A DNA stretch of 64,000 nt from Basidiobolus meristosporus CBS 931.73 (GCA_002104905.1 MCFE01000504.1:1-64000); one strand, 5' to 3'. Positions 38,998 to 51,881 are shown, numbered from the stretch's first letter. Notes: generated by a model from the letters alone, not told the origin. Program-made: numbers and translations.

Positions 38998-41900
38998 CCG
39001 ACTGATAATCTCTCCATAGGGCTCGTTGATCAAGATGACAAGTGGCGGAGGGAACATCGCCTGTATACAATCCAATGAGCACCAGTCCTCCCAACCATGC
39101 CAAGCACCAAATGCCATGACATTGACCAGATATTCACAAGCCAGCCTTTGCCCGATCTTTCGTGTCTTGAAAAGCGTGAACGAGCCTTGGCAGCCGGTCG
39201 CCTCACTAAAATCTGGCACCTACTTTCTGATTCGGCTCCATTCAGCGTAGGAAGACTGCCCGGTGCGACATTTGCTCCTCAATCGGACTTTTACCACGAA
39301 GCGGCGCACAGTGGTGATGTGGTGGAGTGAAATTCGATGGGTTGTGACCCTAATTAAATTAAGGATTCGAGTTAGGGTTGGGGGCATGGTTGAGAAATCG
39401 GCTGAGGTCACAGTAAACCAATCGACTTTATTTATCTTATACTCATTGGTGAGGGGAAGGGGGGGTTAGCGAGGCCAGAATTAAGTTAATACTATGTCCG
39501 CTTCTTCGGGGAGCCAAGTCCAAACTCCAGCGTTGCGGGCCTGGACATACGAATAGGACGGCATGGGTAGAATCACGGGCATGATTTATTATTTACTTGA
39601 AAGCAATTCAGTTTGGAACATCGGGGATCAGTGTCCCCTCGGGAGGTGTAGATAATAAATACCACATTGGACGAACAGTAATTGCGCATTCGACGAACCT
39701 AGACCAAGGAGCGAGAAGTGACTTCAATGGACAAGAGGAAGTCGGCTGCTTGGGTGCGTGCCTACTTCCATGAAACCAACCGGAGGGCTAGTGGGCACCC
39801 TCTAAGGCCTGCCCCTTGACCTTACTTGGTCCTCTGGAGCCAAGCATCAGTATCACAGCAAATACGTTAAGGAGCAGCAGTTTGCGCGCGTGCAGAGTGA
39901 ACAGCTTGGAAGGGTTCATCCTTTGGTCCAAATGATGGTTAACTTCGCTTGGGAATGATTGTACGAGCTTTGTTTAGGAATGGGGAAGTATACTGACACG
40001 CTGAAGCCTCAGAACCCTTCCCAGTACACAATGTTTAAATAGGCCAACCCAACCTCGCATGATCCCCAAGAACAGGCTCCACTCCGGAAATTTATGCACG
40101 CAGGTGAATCGCCATGCGTCTAGTCTCACTCTTCATTCCACTCACTTCACTCGCTGACTAGATGGATCCTGACGACTGCAAGTCTAAAACATCCTGGATG
40201 CAATCCTACACTCGTCCCACATTCCTCTCCAAAACCGACTCCGAGGAAGGGATATGTGAAGATCACATACGAATCCGCGGATCCTGATGATAATGTTCCA
40301 TTACGGGCGTGTCTAGGCTTCTGCATTGCCACTCTGTGCACTGCCTAGCCCGTCGCAGGAACCAGGGTGCTCTGAGGCCACAGTGTATACAAAGGCAACT
40401 TGCTGTTCGGAGGGGAGGGATAAACAGAGAGTGAACATGGTTGGATGCGATGTGCATCACATCCTACCTTCCATTCACCCGATCGAACGCTCCGCCCGAG
40501 TGACGGGTGATTTCTTGAGGAATCCTAGCCGTTGTTCGATTGGTTTCCCAACTGGTGCTTCGGCAAATCACAGTGTCCTCCAGATAAGACCGGCGAAGGA
40601 ATTCGGATCATTTTATTCATGGGATTTCGCTTCTTACGGCAAAAAGGGTCTGGATTCCATGCTGGTGGGCGAATACCCATGTTTACTGAGCCTGATGGCA
40701 GCCATGGTCCATGTCCAGCATCACCGGTGAGATTGGTGCTTTCCTTTACTGTGATATGCTGGCCACCAAGGTGACCCTTATGCAGTGTAGTCTGATGAAG
40801 GACTTGATTGGCACCTCGCGCAGGAGTTATTTCGGCATTGGAGTCGGCAGGGTCGAGTTGCCTGACTGGATGGAGCTCATCAGGTGGGAGGCTTGGTGCA
40901 CCAGTGAGTGGAGACGTCAAGCCAAGTTTGAGCACGTTGTGTATTAATTGAATCCCATCACTGTCCCATCACCATCATATGTATGCATAACCCATAATCC
41001 ATAATCCATAATTCATATCCTATACCCTTGACCTATTCGTTCACAAGCGAGATTTTCTAAATGAGCTCAGCTGTAGGCACTGGGAGGTTTATCAGCCGGA
41101 TGTATACCAGTTCGAAGCATCGCCAGTATCCGGAGTATCCGCACGAGTTGTTTGATGTATTCGCCACCACGCAAGAATCGGCATCGGTCTCAGTTGGGTT
41201 AGGCAGAGCGCAGTAAACATGGCCTAATTTACTCGAGCCGTAATCAAGCTTTTGACCCGATCTACCTGTTTACCCTGATGCCCAATGTTGTGAATTGGGA
41301 TGGTCCAACTGTCGGAGCAGTGGGTATGGGAAGCCCGATTTCCTGTTAGAGTCCTCACGTTATAGCCCGCCAGTTGAAAGAGCCTACAGCGTGCTCGGAT
41401 ACCCTGGCACAGCAGGGAATTGTCCAAGCTCCTCACCGTATCACCAGCCGTGATGATTAGCAGGCGGCAAGGCCCGTAGAAAGCGCTGGCGATCACTCAT
41501 ACATCATTCACCCTTGAAACATCCACCGCAGATTCCGCCTATATCAACCTAGGCGGTCTCAGATGGAGAGGGATACGAGGCCCATTTACATCATTCCTAC
41601 TTCAGTCGAGATTTAATTTATCTCGCCAACCCCAACCCCAACCTTAGGTCATTTGGATTACTACGCAGCAGAATCCATCCCCTTTTGGTTGCTGACGCCA
41701 AAAGGAAGTCACGATCCCTTCGACTGCTCTCTAGGTTTCCCCTTGGACGTGTGTAGACCAAGTGCAAATCCGATATACCATAGATATCTGGGGGATTATA
41801 AATAGACCACCAAGCCTTACGCACATGACGCATCAGCCGTGGATTCTTTTCCTCCCGAAAGCAATTGAATAATGTCCCTTTTCGAGGAGGATTCTCGATC

Positions 41901-42103
41901 TTGGCCCTAGATGCACCAATCAGAACGTCATTTCCATCGCAGAAAAGCTAAATTTGTTTTGACTATTTTCGGGAGGATTTTTCTCGTCGAGAGGTTTCCA
42001 AAGAACAATCTGACGAGACCGAACCCCCCTTCAGTATGTTTATAAACAACAAGGGAGTGGACACCTCCCCTCAGAAGTCGTCCCTCCATAACTCACGCTT
42101 AAC

Positions 42104-42607
42104 ATGCATGCTAGTAGAAGGTTCCTCTTGATCAGTGCCCTCGTGGCCACAGCCATGGCTGACACTCCAGCTTCTGTCAATGCCACCGAGGTTGATCCCC
42201 GAGTGCAGTGCATGCAAGAGAGAAGTTGTGGATCCGATGTGAACTGCATTGCCCGATGCTTCAATGTACCCAGCCCAGATGATCAGGCCATTGGGGAAAC
42301 ATTGAAATGCGTTGCCGACTGCAAATCAGATGACATCGTCGCGGTCATCAACTGCCGCCAGCTATGTGTTGGCGAGCATTTCCAACCCACCGGAACCCCA
42401 AACACCACGCCGACCGAGACATCCACGAGTCAAACCGGGAATCCCACCCAGTCCCAGTCCCCCTCGGGAACCCAGAGTTCGACCACCCCCAACCCTACCA
42501 ACACGAACGACGCCAGCGCCGATTCCAACTCTGGAGCGTCTGCACCCACCGTCTTCTCCGTGATCTCGTTGGCCGCAGCGTTTGCCGCACTCTCAGTGTT
42601 ACTGTAA
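42104..42607 (+). CDS. Secreted, probably GPI-anchored Cys-rich surface protein (167 aa)
   Basis: Signal peptide, 8-Cys domain (CIARCFNVPSP...TLKCVADC), S/T/P-rich stalk, NSGAS omega-like site and hydrophobic C-terminus. Confidence 0.85.
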   Translation: MHASRRFLLISALVATAMADTPASVNATEVDPRVQCMQERSCGSDVNCIARCFNVPSPDDQAIGETLKCVADCKSDDIVAVINCRQLCVGEHFQPTGTPNTTPTETSTSQTGNPTQSQSPSGTQSSTTPNPTNTNDASADSNSGASAPTVFSVISLAAAFAALSVLL

Positions 42608-43043
42608 ATGTTTATTCCTAGTTAACTTTATACCCTCTGTCCGTCCAACTTCCACTAGTCAAGATAATGTCTCGAATCACCTCGCATCATCCCCATGGTT
42701 TGAAGTAAATAAAGAAATCCACTGTATCATCAGGAGCGGGTCCTCGGGAGGGGGGCTCGATCATGGCAATAGGGCTCGTCATTATCGGGGGGGGGAGGAA
42801 ATTGGGAATATTTACTGCGTTCAATCGCCGACTTCTGTAAGGTAGTCGACGCGCAAACAATCGGATTTCGATACCTAGTGGGAAGTGGAGGTGGTGTAAA
42901 TCGAGCCAGTTAATTTATATTACATGCGAGGACAGAGTGGGGAGAGACACATATGGATGGCTAGTGGAATGGGGCCGAGGTCAACTACATCGACAAGGTT
43001 CACCGAGGAGCGCGTGCCACATTGGGTTGAAGGAGTTGTCGAC

Positions 43044-44486
43044 TCAGAGGACGTTATACGAATGCAGGATACGTACAGAGGCAGAACTGCCGCTGGCATC
43101 GGCGGACATCTTCGCCACATCCCCAAGCCCTTTGGTGGCCACCAGGTACTTCAGGCCATCCAAGGGGCTCGCGAACATCCCACGAGATAGCGTACTCGCA
43201 CCGTTCCTGTTCAGCAACAGGTTGGAGGGCCTAGGGTTAGATGGGCCAGGGATTGGGGTGGCTGGAGCGGGCGCAGGAGGCGATGGCTCGGGCCCGTTAG
43301 AAGGAGCACGAAGCAGCTCAATGGACCTTAGCTCGTCTTGGTAGTGCTGTGGCAAGGAGGATGTCTCGAGTCTGGACTCGCTGAGGGAATGAATGGTGCT
43401 TTGAGCGTCATCAAGGAGCAGGGCATACTCGTCGATCAGAGAGGTCATCTTGGACTCCAAGTGGGACTGGCGTTTACCAAGAGAGGTGAGACTCTCTTGC
43501 ATGCCGCTATGCTCATTCGCCATCTAATTCACATCCATGGGTCAGTCCATCTGCAGCAAACCAATCCGTCGGGGGCGGGCTTCACTTACCGTGACTATTT
43601 GGTCCTGAACCAGCCTCAGCTCGTTGCCAAGCTCGATGTTCTGACCCTGCTGGAGGTGCACGACGTGCTCCACCTCCTCCTGGAAAGTGAACACGCTTTC
43701 CTTGGTAAGCTCCAGGTCCTGTTCAATGAAATCTGCCGCATGGTGAGCGACTTTGGCCGATGGACGATCAAGAATGGATGGAGGAATCACCTACCGAGTC
43801 GTTTGTTAAATGTGGTGGAGGAGGACTTCGCATCACCAATCTGGTGCTGCATTGTGCTCATTTCACCCACAATGTTGTCCACCTCGGTGCGAAATTGCAT
43901 GAACTCCTCGCGGATCGCCTTCAACTCCCGGTGCATATCACGGTTGGTCTTGTTCAGGGATTTGATTCGGCTCTCGCTCTCCGACAGCTTTGTGGTGAGC
44001 AGGTCATTTTCGGAGAGCTTGTTCAACAGCAACGCCTTCTCCGCTTGTTCCTCGGTGGACTGGGCGACATGGTCATACGAGAAAGTCTGCAGCCTGGCCT
44101 CCAGCTCCTCGTTTTTCTTGGCGATGGCGAAGCCGAGGGTTGCCGCTAGGTGTAGCTCCTTTTCTTTTTCGATGACCATCTGTTTGAGCTGGTTTATGTC
44201 GTTGATATTGTTCACTTGCTCCACCAAACTGGCTAGCACGAACTCTAGAAAACAGCAGCGCGGGAGGGGTTAGCCCTGTGTCGGAGCTGAGCTTGCCTTG
44301 ACTTACCCGAGTCGAAATACTCGCAGTCGCCCAGGATGGGTTCGAAGTTGGTACCCTTGGCTGGGGTTGGCGTGGAAGGCGTGACCTGGGATAAGCGCGG
44401 TTAAATGGGGCCCACTCACAAGTGCCACATGCCGAAGGGCTACCTACCTGGGAGACGACTTTGGGATTTTGGTTTTTGTGACTCAT
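43044..44486 (-). CDS. Coiled-coil protein with a CC1-box-like motif (exons 44486-44448, 44385-44307, 44244-43795, 43732-43590, 43523-43044; about 396 aa)
   Basis: Four GT-AG introns join in consistent phases into one frame; long heptad-rich region; EKEKELHLAATLGFAIAKKNEEL. Confidence 0.8.
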
Positions 44487-46258
44487 GGGCGAGGAAGGAG
44501 AGAGAGGTTACTTAAAACAAGGGTTCTGGATAGTCCCAGAGCTTCTCGAAAACAGGTGTAGCGTGGTTGGGATTGTTAGGGAGCAGGGAAATAGTCCTAC
44601 TAAAGCCAGGTGAGGTTTTATTTTGGTGTACTGGGAAGCACCTAGTGGCGAAAGGAATGAGGAGAGAGGATGGAGCGGCAGATGGGGAGCTGGTGTAACG
44701 GAAGTAGTGGATTGGTTTCATTAAGCAGATGAGTGGTCTAGATTTCCTATGTCTTATTGATGACAGTCCCTACTACAAGGATTCCTGGGCTGATGTACGA
44801 AAACAATGGAAATATACGGATGGATCCCTAGACGGCCAATACAATCAACAGTCACCGCAGGCTTGTTACCTCCTTAATGGCCAGTTCGAACGGAACAGTT
44901 GAGAATGCATATAACAATGCAAAATCAACATCAGGTGCATCCACGCCATGATCAGCAAGAGCGGTGCATGTATCCCATCAACCAATCCTCCCACACAGCC
45001 TTTGCTGCTGGTTCCAATGTAGGGACATCATTCGGCAATGTGCCATCAGCTCAAACCTTTCCTGGATCTCGGCCACACACGAGTGCCACGTAGACCTTGA
45101 TTCTGTAGCAACAAATGTGTGACTGGCCGGGTCTCTTGATCATGAATATCTCCGGTCGGTGGTGTTCTTGAGTGGGCCTGCAATCATCGGTTGAGGACTA
45201 GTGGCAGATGGGAGATGGGAGATGGGGATTTGGCAATAGTAGTTGCATGCAGAAGCCTTTACACGTGGAAATACCAAGGCCAATGGCCGCCTGCTTTGTG
45301 ACACATCTGTTGTATTAGTAAAGCGATAGTGCATCCACCCATTTGGGCATGGATCCCACTTGCGGCAAAGACCCAACTCCATTTCTGGCCGGCAGAAGTG
45401 ATTTGTCAACAGAATGTCGGGCCAAACAAGTTCTCCCGGATTGTTTGTGTACTCGTTTGCCAGCTTCGGTGTCTCGTCTAGGCCACTGCAGCTACGTTTG
45501 CCTGGAATGTGAAATGTTGATCGGCGAGGAGTTTGTGTATATACTATATCGATGTGTATACCCCACCTGGATCACACCGTTCCAATCAGGCCAATCCCCT
45601 GAGCCCAGCTATATTAGAGTGACTCCCTCGGTGTGTCTGGGAAGGAAGACGCACCAATGGGCTTGGCTAGAAGAATCGACCGAGTACTTTGGAGTGAGAT
45701 CCTGGCATGTGACCGTGATGTTGGATGTACTCCACAACATGAATTTCAACACGGTTGAGGGTGACATCTAATAAATCCCAGTCGCTAATTGGGATGGCGA
45801 CAGATCAGGTGCGTCGATCAAACCATCACTGGCATTGCTTAAAACATGATACTCCGGTCACTACGAAAACCATCAACCTGGAAGATTCCTACCCTGGGAG
45901 AGCCACAAAACAGTTCATCTTCACATGCATGGATGATTTTGGATCCAATCTCCCTGTGCAATTCCTGGCCAGGCGGTGGTAACTAGCTTGACCAGTCCCC
46001 AAGGAGTCTCATTTATTAACGCCGCAAGGTAGTCTTTCAAGTATACGTCAAGAGGTGCTTGTTGACTGATAACGTGTCATCTTCTTGATATCAAAGACCG
46101 CCAGAGGCGCCCTAATCAGTTCTATGTATACCATGTTTCCAGCTCTGTACGAGGGTCAGTTTACCCATATACCATAGCATTAAAGTCCCTGGCCTAGCCC
46201 TGGTGTGAATGAGTATTAGACAGCCTTGGCCAAAAGCTACATGTTTATTGATGTAATC

Positions 46259-47620
46259 TTAATCCACAAAGCCACGACAGCTTGGTGCCCCACAATAGCA
46301 TCGATTCTTCTCGGTTGTGCAGTTGTAGTTGAAGGTCAGTTCTTCTCCAGCCTCGATGTCTCGATTAGTGAAGAAAGCAAGTCTCTGCCATGCGCGGTCC
46401 TTGTGGTTTGCGAAGAACTGCCCCCAAGACAAAGTTAGTCCTGTGTGTTGGCTGTGGTAGGTAAACGAGACTTACGGTGATTTGATTCATGTTCCCATCA
46501 CACGAATGGTTAAAAAATCTGGTTATGTTGCAATAAAACACTGCGTCCACCCTGTAAGCCATCAATTAGCGGGGAGCTTTAAAGCGGTGCTATCCGCGAT
46601 TACACTTACAGTAACATGGACGGGTCATCAGTTCCGAACTCGTCAATAGGCTCAAAGCCCATATCCAGCTTGAATAGATACACCAGTCCGGTCTTGTTGT
46701 AGAAGGATGAGCGTGCGCAAGACTCGGTCATGTCTAGTAGCTCTCCGAGATACTCCCCAATCAACTCTCCCTTCTTTATGGGCGACAGCGCTCGCACACC
46801 CCAACCCTTGTGCTGCGTTTTGAAGACCTGAACCGGTGGATAGATGGTTACTGTGGGTAAAGCGATGGGAGGATGGGACGAAGACGTGGGAGGATTACCT
46901 CCAGGTTTGAGTGGATGTGGCTGGACTGGATGAGGCTGTTTTTACATTTCATAGGATCGCAACCACATACAGAGTTGCATTCATAAATAGGCATGGCCAC
47001 CTTCAGTCGCCCGTCTTCGTAAGGGAATTCTAAAGTTGGTGCGTGAGTAGAATGATATAGGATGGGCTGTGCGGCTGGCAAGGACCTACCTCCCATCTCC
47101 TTTAGGCATGTGCACGTCTCGATATTCTGGACCAGTAGCAAATGGGTTTATACATCTGTATATATACATGCGTGTACGCTAGCCAATCCACATGCTTACC
47201 GAACAATCGTCTTTGCAATCACAACCATACGCGAATTCTTGGTCGGGCTCGACGACCGATTTGTGAATCACGTTTTGATAAACAAACTGAAAGAGAACCG
47301 GGTAAGCCGTCCTGCCAGGCATGTGGTGCTGAGGCTAGTAAAAGAGCCAGGGATCCTTGATAGCGTACCTCCAAGTATGGGAACGGCTCGTCATCAACCT
47401 CGTTGATCACTGAGAATGGTGGGTCGGGAATGGGCTCATTTCTAGGCTCCCAAAATTCCCGAAAATCCTGGTCTATTGGCAGGTGGTGCTCATATTTCTC
47501 CAGCTCTCCTTCAATCTTCGCAAGAAGCCCATCCAATACCTGAACGTCCAGTTTGGCTTGCTCTGGGATGTCGGTGGCTTGATCCACGATAGAGCTCTTT
47601 CGGTTGGGGATCTTGCTAAC
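46259..47620 (-). CDS. clr4: SUV39/Clr4/DIM-5-type histone H3K9 methyltransferase (multi-exon; start codon not resolved, lies upstream of 47620)
   Basis: Pre-SET GCDCKDDC...CTC...IYECNSVCGCDPMKCKN; SET KGWGVRA, GEYLGE, YLFKLD, RFFNHSC, ELTFNY; post-SET CYCGAPSCRG*. Confidence 0.88.
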
Positions 47621-48330
47621 CTACGGGCGACGTAAGGGATTTAGCAGACTGGCTCAACAGGGCGACGCGTAAGGAACACCAATTCTCACAATCCGCCAAC
47701 ACTCGAAAACAGCGTCCGGGTGGGTGTATATGATGGCGCCCTATAAAATAGGCGAACAGCATTACAGGTCAACGAGAAAAGTGGCTCGAGGTGGATACGA
47801 AAATTGGCATACGATGGCGTGAATTAAAGAACAGGAGAAAGTAAACTTCTTTGCATATTTGGCTATCAAGGCCCTCTCAGTATTCGAGAGGGCAGCCGCA
47901 GTAGTAGAGTCGAAGGAACTATGGCTTACACTAAAATAGAGGGCAATCCGTTACTAAAGTCTCCTCCCGCAAGAGCCAGCTGACTTGATCGTAAGTTCGA
48001 TAGTATGTACATGATGCTTTTCTTACTAGCTCTATGCTTGATCCATTTCTTATCTATAAAGTCGTTCTCCAGAGTTTCGTGCAGTAGCTCGTCTGGAGGA
48101 TACAGCACCTCCATGAGCTTGAACCATAGATGGATTTCTCGAGGAGCTAGATGGACGGGCATAGCAACCGACACTAGGTTGAGAAGCTCTGCAACTGGAG
48201 ATGGCCTGCTCCCGCCAGGAATCCTCTTTTTTAATGGATTCCAATTTTGGTCAGGTGGCAAATCGAATCATTCAAGTGGAGTAATAGCAACAGATCAGTT
48301 CGTATTTTATGCATTTGTTGGTCAAGGTAT

Positions 48331-48978
48331 TTATAATGTAGGATACTCGATGGGCTTAGGGGCAGGCTTTTTAAAGATTACAGGAGTGACATGCTTATAG
48401 TGCTTCGCCAACACTTGGATGGTCTCAGGCTCCAGGTGATAAGCCTTGGAGAGTTTCTCGACAGTCCAGACCTCGGACTCGGTGTTGTATTGCTCCAACA
48501 TACGGTACACATTGGATGAGGTGACTTTAGGGGCCGTTTCGTTCACTGGCTTTCCGGACCTTCTATTGTTTACGATGTTCAAGAAGTCTGAGCTCTTCAA
48601 GCAAATCCATGTTAAACACCGGGAACACCGCACAACTCGAAGCGTGGCTACCAAATACCTTTTGGGCACCAGTCTCACTGGCGTTGGCGGACCTTTCCAC
48701 ACGAAGGTCAAGCTTGCTCATCAAATCGGCAGTTTGTTGATCTATCAATGGGGGTTTAATAATCATGCGGTAAATAGCCGAGCCTTAAGGGGCTCCAACA
48801 GGTGGCTGATATATGTGGGCTACCGACTTTCTTGGGTGATAAGCTGCTCCTCGGGTGCGATCTTGCTCACTTTGGCTGGATTCGTACCGACTTGGCTCTG
48901 TGGGTGAAGCTCCGTGTGTCTCACTGTACCAGGGGTTTGTGGAAAACGACGTACTACTTTTGAGCTCTGATTTCCCAT
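48331..48978 (-). CDS. Small protein, NDUFAF4/UPF0240-like (3 exons)
   Basis: MGNQSSK start (myristoylation-like); C-terminal MLEQY....EVWTVEKLSKAYHLEPETIQVLAKHY resembles the NDUFAF4 WTAEKI..Y.L motif; family call from memory. Confidence 0.6.
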
Positions 48979-49328
48979 GGCTGCTTGGAATGTTGTGTAG
49001 ACTACTCGTTGAGACTGGGTTGTGCGGAAAAGCAAATCTTTCCATCAAGGCCAAGCATTTGACTGGAATTTTGCTCAATGCTGAGTGGGGCAGCAATCTC
49101 TACCATATTCATCAATCATCTCGGTCAATTAAAATCTGGGGAGTGGGGTCCCTCAGAATCGACCGGATTCATGTCCGCCACATATATGCGATGGCAACAA
49201 AGGTGGTTCAAGTAGTCTCCATTGATTAAATCCCCATTCTTGAAATCGACTGCGTGCATGAGGGTTTAAGGATTGGTGGCTTTATTATTGATTCCGCTTA
49301 TATAGATATATATGAAGGTGCGTATGGA

Positions 49329-50300
49329 CTAAGTACAGCCTGAGAGGCTATCTGAAATAGCATCTATGTACTCTGTTGATTGTGAGCTTGACAGTCTTTC
49401 TATCCAATGGGAGATCCCATCTGCGATCCGGAACAAGGTCCCTCCATCCTGGGCATCCTTCAAATTCTGTCTATAGAGACAACCGAACGTTTCTAGCGCT
49501 GGCTCGGTAACATCTATGAAGACGGTGAATTCAGCATCCAACGAGCAGAAAGGCAGGAATCTTCCCTTCCTGTTCTCGTCAGAGAATCCTTCAGGTGATA
49601 CCTCCTTGAGGTGGGCCAGTTCAAGTGTCCAAAGCTCTCCATTTTCACGTAGTTCTTTGATGCCGTGGAAGCTGAACTTCTCCGACTTGAAGAGCGCATG
49701 AAAAAAAGGAGCGAAATGCACTAGGAATTGAACATAACTTAGTGGGAGATGTACTTGTTTGTTGCGATATTGGAAGAAGCCGAAATCTTGAAGTTTAGGG
49801 CCTACGTAAAATAGGTTTCCTCCATACTCAGCGGTGGTTTTTGTTACAGGAGAAGGAAAGTAACTGTCAGTCAGGAGTATCCTATCCTCGGGGAATTGAT
49901 GCATGTATCGCTGAACAAAAGTCTTCATCAGTTTGCCAAGATGGAGCTGCTCATTGCCTATCTTCCAAAACAGGCGAGTCATCACGGCAACCTCACTCAC
50001 TCCACTTGACACAAAGTCCGGAATGCCTAAGCGTAGAGGAAACCAGCTCATGCTCTTCGGAGGGGGCATATTCGGTAGATCCAGGTCATCCTCTTTGCTT
50101 ACCGGCTGTAATAAGATATCGTGGTGTTGAGCAAGTAAACCCAGACACAAGCGACGCCCCGAGGTTCGCTCCATGTCGGCGTTGATTAGCTCTCTCAAGC
50201 TCGCGTCAACTACCCCCAATGCATGCCAAGAGGGCGCTGGAAGATACTCTAGTACTCTGCACCATAGTTCGACTGGAAGGAGGTGTAAAAGACGAGACAT
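49329..50300 (-). CDS. F-box protein with a C-terminal SMI1/KNR4 (SUKH)-like domain (323 aa)
   Basis: N-terminal LLPVELWCRVLEYL; C-terminal LPLSYVQFL...FLPF......VFID...FGCLY...IADGISHWIERL. Confidence 0.75.
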   Translation of the reverse strand: MSRLLHLLPVELWCRVLEYLPAPSWHALGVVDASLRELINADMERTSGRRLCLGLLAQHHDILLQPVSKEDDLDLPNMPPPKSMSWFPLRLGIPDFVSSGVSEVAVMTRLFWKIGNEQLHLGKLMKTFVQRYMHQFPEDRILLTDSYFPSPVTKTTAEYGGNLFYVGPKLQDFGFFQYRNKQVHLPLSYVQFLVHFAPFFHALFKSEKFSFHGIKELRENGELWTLELAHLKEVSPEGFSDENRKGRFLPFCSLDAEFTVFIDVTEPALETFGCLYRQNLKDAQDGGTLFRIADGISHWIERLSSSQSTEYIDAISDSLSGCT

Positions 50301-51532
50301 TGATTAGAAGGCACAAGCAGTTCACCAATGCCGATGCAATACCAATTTATTAGAAGTTTTTTGAGGCCAAGATCATCTAATGCAGCCCTTTCCTGGGAAA
50401 CAAGCCTGTTAGGATCTAAATATAGCAATCCTCGCGAGCTGCTGCGATCAGTGTCGGTTTGAAGAAACAGTACCAGATGCTTTCGGTGTGTCACCAAAAC
50501 GCTCACAGGTACCCGTTTGATCCTGAGTATCTTGGCACCGTACGCAGTCAACAGTTGCTGAAGCCCATATTTGTGCCTTTTAGCGTAAATCCGATTTCAT
50601 ACTGAGCCACTTAATCCAATGGCGGTTGATCTGAACTCCCCCATGATTGGCCAACCTGACAGCATTCTCAAACGTTCTGGGATAGTTGCCTTGGTGACCC
50701 AAAGCTAATCACCCTTAAAGCACCATATATTCCGCTCTGCCTCAGATGCCTCTGGATCAATAATATCGATCTTACTGGGCTCCTCGGCAGATTTCTTGCC
50801 TCAGATGAGATTATACTATCAAGACTTGCGCATGGATAGATGCAGAGTTGGAGTCAACTAGGTTTGGTGCTCGGATGGTATCTTGCCGTTACAACATCTC
50901 TGGAATGTATACCAAAGGTAGGCAGGGGCTTGGTTAGCTCTGGAGTGGACATCCTGGAAATAGCTTACAGAACCGCTGCTGCCCATACTTGTTTGAGCTT
51001 CTGCGGCGGCCAAAATATTGACATTGGTAAGTTCAGGTGAGCGGAACACCAGGTGGGAAATGGTGAAACTCATTACTGGCACTGATCTATTATGGAATGA
51101 ACTACTCAACTATGATAGATGGTGCCAATATTCGTCTCGCTTTCACTGGCTTTTTTGGCAAAGGTCTTGGGGTTGTGATGGATATTCCATTGGTCGGATG
51201 CTTCTTTGACAACTTGGTGTATCTCCTGGACAGTAGCAACAGACACGGACCTAAATGTCGGGTTATATGGCTTGCTTGTTGATCATGTTCCCTGGCACGC
51301 CAAATATTCCAGCTCTGTTTCCGTTGTGTGTAAGGCACATCAACACTGGATTCAAGGACTGGCAAGCCACAACTCTATTGGTGCGAGTTACCAATACATA
51401 TTGTTTTGTAGATTAAAAAGACTTGTATGGTCTAAGTTGTATAAATATTGAGATAACCATATTATATGTCATGGTAGAGTGAATCTCTTTGAGAAAAACC
51501 CCTGAAAGGTATGTGCCAGCTTACAGTCCATT

Positions 51533-51881
51533 GTGCAGTAAATTTCATAATTATACCTATATATTCACTTAACTTGGTCAGTTAGATTGGGGTCTACAAA
51601 CTCTAGAGAATTCTACCCAGATTCCTTGTTGGGATTGACTTGGAATACTTTCACCAGAATATCAGGTGTCCAGAACATAAAAAATCTCAGAGTTGTCCCA
51701 GCAGCCCCAAACTTTGCACACATGTTCTTGGGACCTTCCTAAACACATCCTATGACCTTGCTTTGCCAAGTACATGTAAAAGTACAAATACTACTTTTAC
51801 ATTCAGTAAATTGTTGAATGAAAACCACATAACTTGTTTGTTCTCCCAGCCAGTTTCAGTATCTTCATAACTCTTGCAACA
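51533..51881 (+). repeat. Copia LTR (family D), solo and diverged
   Basis: Aligns with 56572-56920 (ttccttgttgggatt...cagccccaaactttgcacacatgttcttgggacc); ends ctcttgcaaca; start approximate. Confidence 0.85.

Noticed and set aside
39000-42000. Many short ORFs in a CpG-normal interval
   Set aside because: None shows a recognisable domain or a consistent exon chain; left unassigned
43338-44273. 311-aa plus-strand ORF
   Set aside because: Antisense shadow of the spliced coiled-coil gene; it runs through that gene's introns and has no independent features
45343-45771. Cys-rich 142-aa ORF
   Set aside because: No recognisable zinc-finger spacing, signal peptide or splice context
47926-48261. 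111-aa ORF between the SET and NDUFAF4-like genes
   Set aside because: Non-ATG start and could not be spliced convincingly to either neighbour
50300-51450. Short minus-strand ORFs upstream of the F-box gene
   Set aside because: No recognisable family; may be promoter or decayed sequence
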